A DNA stretch of 64,000 bases from the NCBI GenBank assembly GCA_031414535.1, contig JANNVQ010000053.1, forward strand, positions 51,997 to 115,996, read 5' to 3'. Shown one piece after another: positions 28,664 to 38,142 of this stretch. This stretch comes from Gemmatimonas sp. Its GTDB lineage: Bacteria > Gemmatimonadota > Gemmatimonadetes > Gemmatimonadales > Gemmatimonadaceae. Every line of letters starts with the position of its first letter. The first letter of the stretch is position 1. The position numbers and the translations under genes are program-made. Below the pieces are notes generated by a model. The model was not told the DNA's origin. It made no database searches and saw nothing but the letters and a program-made list of their open reading frames with translations.

Positions 28664-28995
28664 CCTAGGCGCTTCCGGTACAGCAGGCCCCAACCGCGCA
28701 GCGCCTCGATGGCGGGCAGGGCCGTGCGCCCGAGCGCGGTGATGGCGTAGTCCACGTGCGGCGGGACCACCGGATGCACCGTCCGCGTGAGAAGGTTCGC
28801 GTCCTCGAGTTCGCGCAACTGTTGCGTCAGCATCTTGTGGGACACGCTCTTCAAGTCGCGATGCAGCTCATTGTAGCGCCAGCTGCGCTGGTTGAGGCGC
28901 CAGAGGATGGGCATCTTCCACTTGCCGCCGATGGCGTGCAGTGCGAGCTCCACCGGGCTCTGGAATCGTTGGCCACGAAACTCAAACTCTGGCAT
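28660..28995 (-). CDS. HxlR/DUF24 (MarR-type) winged-helix regulator
   Basis: IGGKWK, KMLTQQLRELE, PPHVDYAIT; GGAG SD before ATG 28995. Confidence 0.9.
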   Translation of the reverse strand: MPEFEFRGQRFQSPVELALHAIGGKWKMPILWRLNQRSWRYNELHRDLKSVSHKMLTQQLRELEDANLLTRTVHPVVPPHVDYAITALGRTALPAIEALRGWGLLYRKRLG

Positions 28996-29152
28996 CGCAC
29001 TCTCCGGATAGTAGGTGCCCGACAAAAAGTACATACGGGTGGAAATGGGAGCGATTGGCGGCGCCTGGGTCGCTTGGCATCTGCCAAATGTGGCGAACGA
29101 TGCGCCAAAAATGTGCGAGAGATTCGGTCAATATGACAGAACTATCGCCTGC

Positions 29153-29165
29153 TAAGCTGTTTATT
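29153..29165 (+). promoter_or_regulatory. Putative IHF site upstream of groES
   Basis: TAAgctgTTTATT vs consensus TAAnnnnTTGATW (one mismatch). Confidence 0.45.
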
Positions 29166-29205
29166 TGTAAGGGGTTGCGCCAGCTTGAGGTTCAATCTTC
29201 ACTGT

Positions 29206-29234
29206 TTGACTGGCCCGGTGTTTGCAAGTAATAT
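29206..29234 (+). promoter_or_regulatory. Overlapping sigma70 and sigma54 promoters of groESL
   Basis: TTGACT(29206)-N17-TAATAT(29229). TGGCCC-GGTGT-TTGCA (29211-29226, GG-N10-GC) overlaps the -35 and spacer. Confidence 0.7.
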
Positions 29235-29243
29235 TCGGTGTTG

Positions 29244-29270
29244 TTAGCACTCACCATCCGTGAGTGCCAA
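29244..29270 (+). promoter_or_regulatory. CIRCE element (HrcA operator)
   Basis: TTAGCACTC-N9-GAGTGCCAA, one mismatch to the consensus, directly upstream of groES. Confidence 0.93.
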
Positions 29271-29312
29271 TATCATCACCACCATTCACACCTAGCAGGA
29301 GATCGGATACTT

Positions 29313-29624
29313 ATGGCAGCAAAGACTGCGTCCGCGCAGAAGGTCGCGCCGCTGGCCGACCGTGTCGTCATCAAGGCGACGGAGGAGTCCGAGCAGATGC
29401 GTGGCGGCCTCTACATCCCGGACACCGCGAAGGAAAAGCCCCAGCAGGGTGAAGTGATTGCCGTGGGCCCTGGCCGTACCGAAGACGGCAAGCGCGTAGC
29501 GATGGAAGTGAAGGCCGGCGACAAGGTCCTGTACGGCAAGTACAGCGGCACCGAGGTCACCATCGACGGCGAGCAGCTCCTGATCCTCCGCGAGAGCGAC
29601 ATCCTCGCGATCGTCACCAACTAA
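29313..29624 (+). CDS. groES: Co-chaperonin GroES
   Basis: [39 protein letters not shown]. Confidence 0.97.
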   Translation: MAAKTASAQKVAPLADRVVIKATEESEQMRGGLYIPDTAKEKPQQGEVIAVGPGRTEDGKRVAMEVKAGDKVLYGKYSGTEVTIDGEQLLILRESDILAIVTN

Positions 29625-29638
29625 TTACTGAGAACTGA

Positions 29639-31273
<1,635 letters not shown>

Positions 31274-31298
31274 ATCGACGGAAGACGGATGACGGAAG

Positions 31299-31334
31299 CA
31301 AATGGGGGCGGCCCGAAAGGTCCGCCCCCATTTG
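31299..31334. terminator. Hairpin terminator between convergent groEL and carbonic anhydrase
   Basis: caaatgggggcgg / ccgcccccatttg stem with a GAAA loop; T-rich on both strands; flanked by inverted heptamer repeats. Confidence 0.8.
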
Positions 31335-31356
31335 TGCCTCTAGCATCCGTCATCCG

Positions 31357-31986
31357 TCAATTATTCGGTAGCACCCGTTCCGCCATCTCCGTCGAATCAA
31401 TCTGATCTGCCGCAATGCGAATCAGTCCTGACGCGATGTCGTACACCCAGCCGTGAAGCATCGGGCGCTTGCCGCGATCCCAGGCATCGCGGATGACCGG
31501 CGTGCGCGAGAGGATGCCCAGCTGCTGCAGCACATTGAGCTCCGCGACCTTCGCGAGCTTGGCCCTTGGGTCCGCGATGGCTTCAAGCTCATCCTTATGC
31601 CACCGCAGCGTGTTGCGGATGTCCGAGAGCCAATGGTCCACAACGCCGTTTGAGGCGGGGCCCATCGCGGCCTTCAAGGCACCGCAGTTGTCGTGGCCGC
31701 AGACAATGACGTGCGGGATGTCCAACACGTTGATGGCGTAATGCAACACGGAGAGCACGTTGACGTCGGTGCTCCACACTTGGTTGCCGATGTTGCGATG
31801 CACGAACATGTCGCCTGGCAGCGCACCAGTCATCCGCTCAAGCGGCACTCGGCTGTCCGAGCACCCAATCATCAGAAAGTGCGGCGTCTGGCCTAGGTCG
31901 GTGCGCTTGAAGAACTCAGGATCCTGCGCCAGCATGTCGGCGGCCCAAGCCTTGTTGTTCGCAAGCAGGGTCTTAAATGTTTCCAC
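31357..31986 (-). CDS. can: Beta-class carbonic anhydrase
   Basis: GCSDSRVP, HRNIGN, CGHDNCGA Zn ligands. Confidence 0.93.
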   Translation of the reverse strand: METFKTLLANNKAWAADMLAQDPEFFKRTDLGQTPHFLMIGCSDSRVPLERMTGALPGDMFVHRNIGNQVWSTDVNVLSVLHYAINVLDIPHVIVCGHDNCGALKAAMGPASNGVVDHWLSDIRNTLRWHKDELEAIADPRAKLAKVAELNVLQQLGILSRTPVIRDAWDRGKRPMLHGWVYDIASGLIRIAADQIDSTEMAERVLPNN

Positions 31987-32012
31987 AGCGTCGTCCTCGG
32001 GGGTGGCCGTGA

Positions 32013-33548
32013 TTACTTGGCGGTGGTCTCGAGGGCAGGTACGCCCACGAGACGGAAGTCGATGTTGCGAACGGGTGCCAGCTGCTGGAAGTTGCCCAGC
32101 ACCTCCAGCACGTCCGGATCAAGGCGCCGGGTGCGGCGCGCGTCAATCTCAATGCGACAGCCTTCCGGCAGCTTCTCCAACATGGTCATCAACGCGGCCT
32201 TGTGAAGGAAGTTCACATTGTCGTGCAACTGCAGCCGCTTGAGTACTGCGCCCGGCGGGCTGATTTCCGTGTAGGGAGGGCTGTCCACATGGTCGCGCAG
32301 GATCACCACGATGCCAACAGCGAGGCCCACGAGGATGCCGCGTAGCAGGTCGGTGGCAAGGATCGCCACCACGGTGACGCCAAACGAGAAGGCATAGGCG
32401 CGCCCGCGTGCGGCAGCGGCCTTGAACAGCGCAGGACTCGCCAGCTTGTAGCCAACATGAATCAACACTGCAGCCAAGGCGGCCAGCGGGATGGTGTTGA
32501 GAAACGCGGGGAAGGCCAAGGCCGCGACCAGCAGCCACACTCCGTGCAGGACCGCCGACCAACGCGTTTTGGCCCCCGCGGAGATGTTCGTCGCTGAGCG
32601 CACAATTACGCCGGTGACCGGCAGCCCGCCGATGAGTCCCGACGCGAGATTTCCCACGCCCTGAGCGATCAACTCGCGATCCGTTGATGCTTCGCGATGG
32701 TAGGGATCCATGTCATCGGTGGCTTGCAGCGACAACAAGCTCTCCAGGGAGGCGACGACGGCCAGCACCACAGCCACCTTCCACACGGCGGGATTGCCGA
32801 TAGACTCCCAAGCCGGCATCGAGAACTGGCCGAAGAATCCTGCGAGCGAGTCGGGCACTGGTAGCGAGACAAGGTGCGTCGCGGCGATGGTCAACTCGGG
32901 TGCGAACTTCGTGAAGAGCGCATTCAAGCCGACGCCGAGGATCACGACCACCAGCGGCGCCGGTATGGCTTTCACGCGCGAAAGTGGGCCTTTGCCCCAT
33001 CCGAAGAGCAGGGGAAGGGCAAGCGCCGCCACAATCAGGGCACCCCATTCCACGTGACGAATCGCCTCGCCGAGCCCTTCCAACGTGGTCTCCGCGTTGG
33101 ACTGCATGAACGCGTCGTCACCCATCGCATCGGCGTCGTAACCAATCGCGTGCGGTATCTGCTTGAGGATGAGCATGAGGCCGATTGCGGTCAGCATGCC
33201 CTTGATGACGGCCGACGGGAAGTAGTAGCCGATGACCCCGGCCCGTAGTACTCCCAGTAGCACTTGGATCGCGCCCGCCAGTACCACCGCCATCAAGAAG
33301 ATGTCGAATGCGCCGAGTTCCGTGATGGCCGTCAAGACAATCACGGTTAGCCCGGCAGCCGGCCCGCTGACCATCAACTCCGAGTCCGAGACAATGCCGA
33401 CGACGATACCGCCGACGATTCCGGAAATGACGCCCGCGAACAAGGGCGCTCCCGATGCCAGAGCAATGCCAAGGCACAATGGCACGGCCACGAGGAACAC
33501 TACCAGCGAGGCCAGTGAGTCCTGGCGCCATGAGATTGTTGCGTTCAT
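32013..33548 (-). CDS. SulP/SLC26 anion (probably bicarbonate) transporter
   Basis: VVFLVAVPLCLGIALASG, SGPAAGL, ELIAQGVGN, VIVRS; short STAS-like tail; paired with carbonic anhydrase. Confidence 0.92.
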   Translation of the reverse strand: MNATISWRQDSLASLVVFLVAVPLCLGIALASGAPLFAGVISGIVGGIVVGIVSDSELMVSGPAAGLTVIVLTAITELGAFDIFLMAVVLAGAIQVLLGVLRAGVIGYYFPSAVIKGMLTAIGLMLILKQIPHAIGYDADAMGDDAFMQSNAETTLEGLGEAIRHVEWGALIVAALALPLLFGWGKGPLSRVKAIPAPLVVVILGVGLNALFTKFAPELTIAATHLVSLPVPDSLAGFFGQFSMPAWESIGNPAVWKVAVVLAVVASLESLLSLQATDDMDPYHREASTDRELIAQGVGNLASGLIGGLPVTGVIVRSATNISAGAKTRWSAVLHGVWLLVAALAFPAFLNTIPLAALAAVLIHVGYKLASPALFKAAAARGRAYAFSFGVTVVAILATDLLRGILVGLAVGIVVILRDHVDSPPYTEISPPGAVLKRLQLHDNVNFLHKAALMTMLEKLPEGCRIEIDARRTRRLDPDVLEVLGNFQQLAPVRNIDFRLVGVPALETTAK

Positions 33549-33610
33549 TTATGCAATCTCGCCACAGTTGCGCGCGGGCGTAAGTCCGTGCCCGACGCGC
33601 ATCGCTGCCG

Positions 33611-34465
33611 TTAAAGCTCGAGTGAAAACTGCGCCGCGCTCGCCGCGGTCTCGCGAGCGCCCATTGAAATAGGATGCGGGGCGCGCACATTCTCCTCAAG
33701 CGCGAACAAGGCCTCCGGAACGCGTCCGGCGGCAGCCCGCGCCACGAGCGGCGATGTCGAGTGGCGCAGGGCGGCCGACACCGTGTCACTCGCAAGCGAG
33801 GGCGTGTTGTTCGTCTCGCTCAGGTGCAAAAGGCCGACGCCCCGCAGTCCCGCGTGCGCCACCTGTGCGGCGAACGCCCCCGCCTGCGCATTGCTAATGT
33901 GCCCACGCCCTCCGCGGATGCGTTGTTGGAGCGCAGCCGGGTAGGGGCCACTGGCTAACATCTCAGGATCGTGGTTGGCCTCAATCAAGAGGAGGTCACA
34001 GCGCGCGAAGAGCCGTGCGAGCGCATCGGGAACCGACCCGAGGTCGTGCGCTAGACCCACCCGCGCGCCCGACGCCGTGGCGGTGATGGCCATCGCGAGT
34101 GGCTCGTTCGCATCGTGCGGAATCGCGGCGGATTCCACCGTGAAGTCCCCTACCCGACACGGCGCGCCGGGCTGGAGCGTCACGCGGTACTTGGCAGGGA
34201 TCTCGCGCAAGGCGCGCTGCGTGCCCGCGCTCGCATACACCGGCCAGCGATACTTGTGATGCACCTTGCTCACACCGTCCGCGTGATCCTGGTGTTCGTG
34301 CGTGATGAGCATCGCGCTGATCATCTCGGGCACTAAGCCGAGCTTCTTCATGCGCAGCGCCAAGGCGCGCGGGCCGAAGCCGCAGTCAACGAGAATGGCC
34401 TGCTCACCGCTCGCGATCACGATCGCATTGCCGCGACTGCCGCTTCCCAGCGACCAGATTCTCAC
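33611..34465 (-). CDS. YycJ/WalJ-like metallo-beta-lactamase-fold hydrolase
   Basis: LGSGSRGN, THEHQDH, PHDA, EANHD, GHISN, HLSETNN; GTG 34465 overlaps the upstream stop. Confidence 0.88.
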   Translation of the reverse strand: MRIWSLGSGSRGNAIVIASGEQAILVDCGFGPRALALRMKKLGLVPEMISAMLITHEHQDHADGVSKVHHKYRWPVYASAGTQRALREIPAKYRVTLQPGAPCRVGDFTVESAAIPHDANEPLAMAITATASGARVGLAHDLGSVPDALARLFARCDLLLIEANHDPEMLASGPYPAALQQRIRGGRGHISNAQAGAFAAQVAHAGLRGVGLLHLSETNNTPSLASDTVSAALRHSTSPLVARAAAGRVPEALFALEENVRAPHPISMGARETAASAAQFSLEL

Positions 34466-35655
34466 GCCCCGTTGCGGAGCGCGAAGATGCGGGCCCAGTG
34501 CGCAGGGCCTGCGTGTGGCATCTCTACCTTGCGACGCCCCATCACACGCGTGGCCACGGTAAGAAATCGGTCCAATGCGAAGGTTTCCCACGGCTCGCCA
34601 TCACCCCAAGCGAACGGGGCCACGTACTTCGGAGGCATGCGCGTGCCAAACACATTCGCCGCCGCGCCAATCACGCTGCCCGTGCTTAGGCGCGTGCCGA
34701 TGCCGGTCTTGGCATGATCGCCGATCAGCGAGCCAAGAAACTGCTGCCCTGTTCGCGCGCTGCCCTTCGGCGTCCACATCGTGACTTCGCCATACGAGTT
34801 CTTGAGATTACTCGTGATGGTGCCCGCACCGAGGTTGGCCCAGCGTCCGATCACGCTGTGTCCAACGAATCCATCGTGTCCCTTGTTGGCCTGGCCAATC
34901 ATAATGGTCACGCTCATCTCGCCACTGACCTTCACGTGCGGGCCAATGCTGCAGGTGGCCAGCCGCCCTCCCATCACGGTGCTGTCTTCGCCGATGACGC
35001 AGGGCCCTACGAGACGCGTGAACGCCATCACATGCGCGCCGCGACGTACGATGACGGGACCGCCGCTCGTGTCGGCCACGACGAAGGGCTCCACCCGCGC
35101 GCCGGGCGCCACGTGCACCGCGTGATTGCCAATGACGGTGATGCCCTGAGCCTGCGCATCCACGGGCACAAGCGAGAGCGCATCGGCGAGCAGCATCGCG
35201 GGCAAAAGACCAACGAGGTCCCACACCTGCTCAATCCACCAGCCAGTCACGTCCATCGCGTCGCCATTAGCGAGCGTCGCGAGATCGAGCGCGCCGTCGC
35301 CGAGATCAACGAGGGGGAGGTCGCGCGTCAGCTTCACGGCGGCAACACGCCCGGCGACGCGGATGCACCCGTGTTGATCCGACAGCGCGAGTGAGGCCAT
35401 CGCCGGGGCACAGCGCGCATTGACAAGCCAGCTTCCGGCGGCCACGTGCGACACGCAGGTGCCCGGCGCGCCAATCTCCGCGAAGTCGTCGAGGTGCGGC
35501 GCGCTGACGAAGCCCAGCGCGTCGCCACCGAGGACCTGGGCCCAACGCTCGCGAGTCAGAAACGCGCCCGCGCGTAGCTCACCCGCCGGTCGCGTCAACG
35601 CGAACGGCGCAAAGTCCCGTGCGGCGCGGTCATCATACAGCACGAATCCGCTCAT
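34462..35655 (-). CDS. GlmU-related sugar nucleotidyltransferase with left-handed beta-helix
   Basis: FAPFALTRPAGELRAG N-terminus; hexapeptide repeats; NKGHDGFVGHSVIGRWANLGAGTITSNLKN. Confidence 0.8.
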   Translation of the reverse strand: MSGFVLYDDRAARDFAPFALTRPAGELRAGAFLTRERWAQVLGGDALGFVSAPHLDDFAEIGAPGTCVSHVAAGSWLVNARCAPAMASLALSDQHGCIRVAGRVAAVKLTRDLPLVDLGDGALDLATLANGDAMDVTGWWIEQVWDLVGLLPAMLLADALSLVPVDAQAQGITVIGNHAVHVAPGARVEPFVVADTSGGPVIVRRGAHVMAFTRLVGPCVIGEDSTVMGGRLATCSIGPHVKVSGEMSVTIMIGQANKGHDGFVGHSVIGRWANLGAGTITSNLKNSYGEVTMWTPKGSARTGQQFLGSLIGDHAKTGIGTRLSTGSVIGAAANVFGTRMPPKYVAPFAWGDGEPWETFALDRFLTVATRVMGRRKVEMPHAGPAHWARIFALRNGA

Positions 35656-36695
35656 GAGCGGTCTCGCACCGCGAGCGGCAGTTGGTCCAGCATCGTCTTG
35701 AGTTGATCAGCGTGCGCGACCGTCGTAACCATCGTCAGGCCGTTTTGCACCACGACCACGAGATCCTGCACGCCGTACAACACCACGCGACCTGACTCCG
35801 CGTACACCACGTTGTCCCTCGCGTGTACGAGGTTTGCATCACCGTGCACGGCGTTGCCCATCGCGTCGGTCTCGCGCACGCGACGCAAGGCGCCCCAAGT
35901 GCCTACGTCATCCCACCCGAAGTCGCCGCGCACGACGGCCACCGAAGCACTGCGCTCGAGGACGCCCACGTCAACACTCACAGTGTCGTGCACCGCAGCG
36001 AAGAAGGCCTCGCGACCCTGCACGGCCGCGGCGAGCGCCGCCGTGAGTTCAGGGGTGTGCGCCGCAAGCGCGTCAAGAAACGTCTGGGCTCGCCAAGCGA
36101 AGATACCCGAGTTCCAGAGGCAACCCGCCGCCACCAGTCGCTCGGCCTTGGCACGATCTGGCTTCTCCAAGAACTTCGCCACCTTCCAGCAGGCCGCGCC
36201 TAGCGCCGCGCCCGGTTCGATGTACCCGAGGCCGGGGTTAGGGTCCGTAGGCACGATGCCCACGGTGACCAGCGCATCATGCTCCTCCGCTGAGCGCGCC
36301 GCCAGAGCCAGCACCTCGCGGAACCGCGCCTCGTCGCCGATGGCGGCATCCGCGTGCACCGAGAGCATACCGGCGTCGGCTCCTCCACGGCGGCGCACTT
36401 CGAGCGCCGCCCAAGCAAGGGCAGCGGCCGTACCGGCAGCGCGCGGTTCCTCGAGGACTTGATCCGCCGCCATCCACGGCAAAGTGCGGCGGATGGCTGG
36501 CGCCAATTGCGCGCTGGTCAAAATCAGAATTTGTGAGCGCTCCACAAGGCCTTCGAGGCGCTGGACCGTGTCTTCCAGCATGCTCTGCCCACTCACCAAC
36601 GGTAAGAGTTGCTTGGGCTGTTCCGGCGTTGACAGGGGCCAGAACCGCGAGCCCACGCCGCCCGCCAAGACGACAGCATACAGCGTGCTCTTCAT
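35652..36695 (-). CDS. manC: Mannose-1-phosphate guanylyltransferase (no cupin PMI domain)
   Basis: LAGGVGSRFWPLS...PKQLL, GYI, FLEKP, WNSGIF, WDDVGTW. Confidence 0.85.
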   Translation of the reverse strand: MKSTLYAVVLAGGVGSRFWPLSTPEQPKQLLPLVSGQSMLEDTVQRLEGLVERSQILILTSAQLAPAIRRTLPWMAADQVLEEPRAAGTAAALAWAALEVRRRGGADAGMLSVHADAAIGDEARFREVLALAARSAEEHDALVTVGIVPTDPNPGLGYIEPGAALGAACWKVAKFLEKPDRAKAERLVAAGCLWNSGIFAWRAQTFLDALAAHTPELTAALAAAVQGREAFFAAVHDTVSVDVGVLERSASVAVVRGDFGWDDVGTWGALRRVRETDAMGNAVHGDANLVHARDNVVYAESGRVVLYGVQDLVVVVQNGLTMVTTVAHADQLKTMLDQLPLAVRDRS

Positions 36696-37093
36696 CGTGT
36701 CGCCTCAACCATCTCAGTGACACGGGCCAGCAATCGCTTCGGGCTGAATGGCTTGGTCATAAACTCGTCCGCACCCCGGCGGCGCGCGTCCTGCTCTTGG
36801 TGGTCTTGACCCGCTGCCGTCAAAATCAGGCAGGGGAGATGGCGGAATCGAGCGTCGCCTCTCACACAGTCGAGCACCTCGAGTCCGCTCACCCGCGGCA
36901 TCATCAAATCGAGAATCATCAAGGCCACTGGCGGATCCTGCTCTAGAGCTTCCAAAGCCTCCGCACCATCGTAGGCGAGGTCCACGTTGAACGGACCCTG
37001 CTCAAGCTTGGTCTTGATGATGCGGCCGATGTGTGGCTCGTCGTCGGCGACGAGAATGCGAGCGCGGAAGGCGTCGGCCACGGCCTGGCTCAA
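36692..37093 (-). CDS. Single-domain response regulator (receiver only)
   Basis: ILVADDE, phospho-acceptor LDLMMP, LTA, TKPF. Confidence 0.92.
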   Translation of the reverse strand: MSQAVADAFRARILVADDEPHIGRIIKTKLEQGPFNVDLAYDGAEALEALEQDPPVALMILDLMMPRVSGLEVLDCVRGDARFRHLPCLILTAAGQDHQEQDARRRGADEFMTKPFSPKRLLARVTEMVEATR

Positions 37094-37443
37094 ACGAGCG
37101 TGGCGAGACCCGCACGGTGGCGGCGGATGTCGTACACGAGGGCGCCCAAGTTCGCGTCCGAACGAACAATCACAAGCAACACCACCTCGGCAGACATCGC
37201 GGAGAGGACCACCGTGGCCTCTTGGTGCTCAAGAATGGCCATCTGCAGGGTCCCCGCGGCGGCCGCGGAACCGAGTTCGTCGGCGAACTGTAGAATGGAG
37301 GGGACGTGCGCCGCAATCTGCTCGCAGTCCACGCCCGCATTGGCGTCGTTGTCAATCAGCAGCCCGTCGCGGCCGAGAACGGCAGCGGCCATGACGCCGT
37401 CAAAGCGGCGAAGGGTCGCAACGAGGTCACGAATCGTGGCCAA
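37090..37443 (-). CDS. Roadblock/LC7 (MglB-like) protein
   Basis: GVMAAAVLGRDGLLID, ANLGAL; 117 aa; GGAG SD. Confidence 0.85.
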   Translation of the reverse strand: MATIRDLVATLRRFDGVMAAAVLGRDGLLIDNDANAGVDCEQIAAHVPSILQFADELGSAAAAGTLQMAILEHQEATVVLSAMSAEVVLLVIVRSDANLGALVYDIRRHRAGLATLV

Positions 37444-37470
37444 CCAAGGCTCCGGGAAGGGGTCCAGCGA

Positions 37471-37539
37471 AGTGTACGTCCAGCTACATCCAAGTCAAGC
37501 GCACATCGCTTGATGCGAAGCCGTTGCGGTCGCTATCTT
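37471..37539. promoter_or_regulatory. Divergent sigma70-type promoters (Roadblock operon / lipoprotein-serS operon)
   Basis: Minus strand TTGACT(37498-37493)-N16-TACACT(37476-37471). Plus strand TTGATG(37510)-N18-TATCTT(37534). Confidence 0.55.
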
Positions 37540-37545
37540 TCACCT

Positions 37546-38139
37546 GTGCACATTATGCCGTTTGCCCATCGCGCGCTTCGTCGCGCGGGTCTCGTCGTCG
37601 CCGTCTCGGCTGCCGCCCTCGTCGCCTGCGGCCCGGACCCCTTCGCCGTGCGGCCCGACGGCCCCAACCTCGATACCAACTTCCAAATTTGGGCGATGAC
37701 CGGTACACCGGTGCCGTACCCGACCGCTTTTGCCGTGCCGCAGCGCGCAACAGTGCGCCTCGAACCCACCGGGACCTTCGACATCGCGTTTGACATCACA
37801 CCCAGTGGCGCGTTGCAGGTGCTCCCGGTGGGGAAGGTGATCAGTTCGCTGACGGGTTCTCGCCCCATCGGAATCATCGTCTCGGCCACGCCATACTCGC
37901 AGATTGAGTCGGCACCGCGCTCGGGCTGGGCCGTGGATTCAATCGTCAACCTGCAGGTGGGTTCGGTATTCGTCCTTCAGGTCACCACGCAGTTCTGCTC
38001 TGGACAATCGCGTCAGGTGATCTACGGCAAATTCCGCGTGGATTCGATTCTCCCCGCCGAGCGACGCGCGCGTCTGAGTGGCCGCGTGAACCCGAATTGT
38101 GGCTTCCGTTCCTTCGCGGACGGCACACCGGAGTTTTAG
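37546..38139 (+). CDS. Hypothetical lipoprotein
   Basis: Basic N-region, hydrophobic core, lipobox LVA-C; start GTG 37546 or ATG 37555; two further Cys. Confidence 0.75.
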   Translation: MHIMPFAHRALRRAGLVVAVSAAALVACGPDPFAVRPDGPNLDTNFQIWAMTGTPVPYPTAFAVPQRATVRLEPTGTFDIAFDITPSGALQVLPVGKVISSLTGSRPIGIIVSATPYSQIESAPRSGWAVDSIVNLQVGSVFVLQVTTQFCSGQSRQVIYGKFRVDSILPAERRARLSGRVNPNCGFRSFADGTPEF

Positions 38140-38142
38140 CAC

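Noticed and set aside
33549..33610. Possible sigma54 site upstream of the SulP gene (GGCAC / TTGCA words)
   Set aside because: GG-to-GC spacing is not 10 nt.
33611..34465. Metallo-beta-lactamase as an antibiotic-resistance gene
   Set aside because: Motifs match the housekeeping YycJ/WalJ group, and there is no signal peptide.
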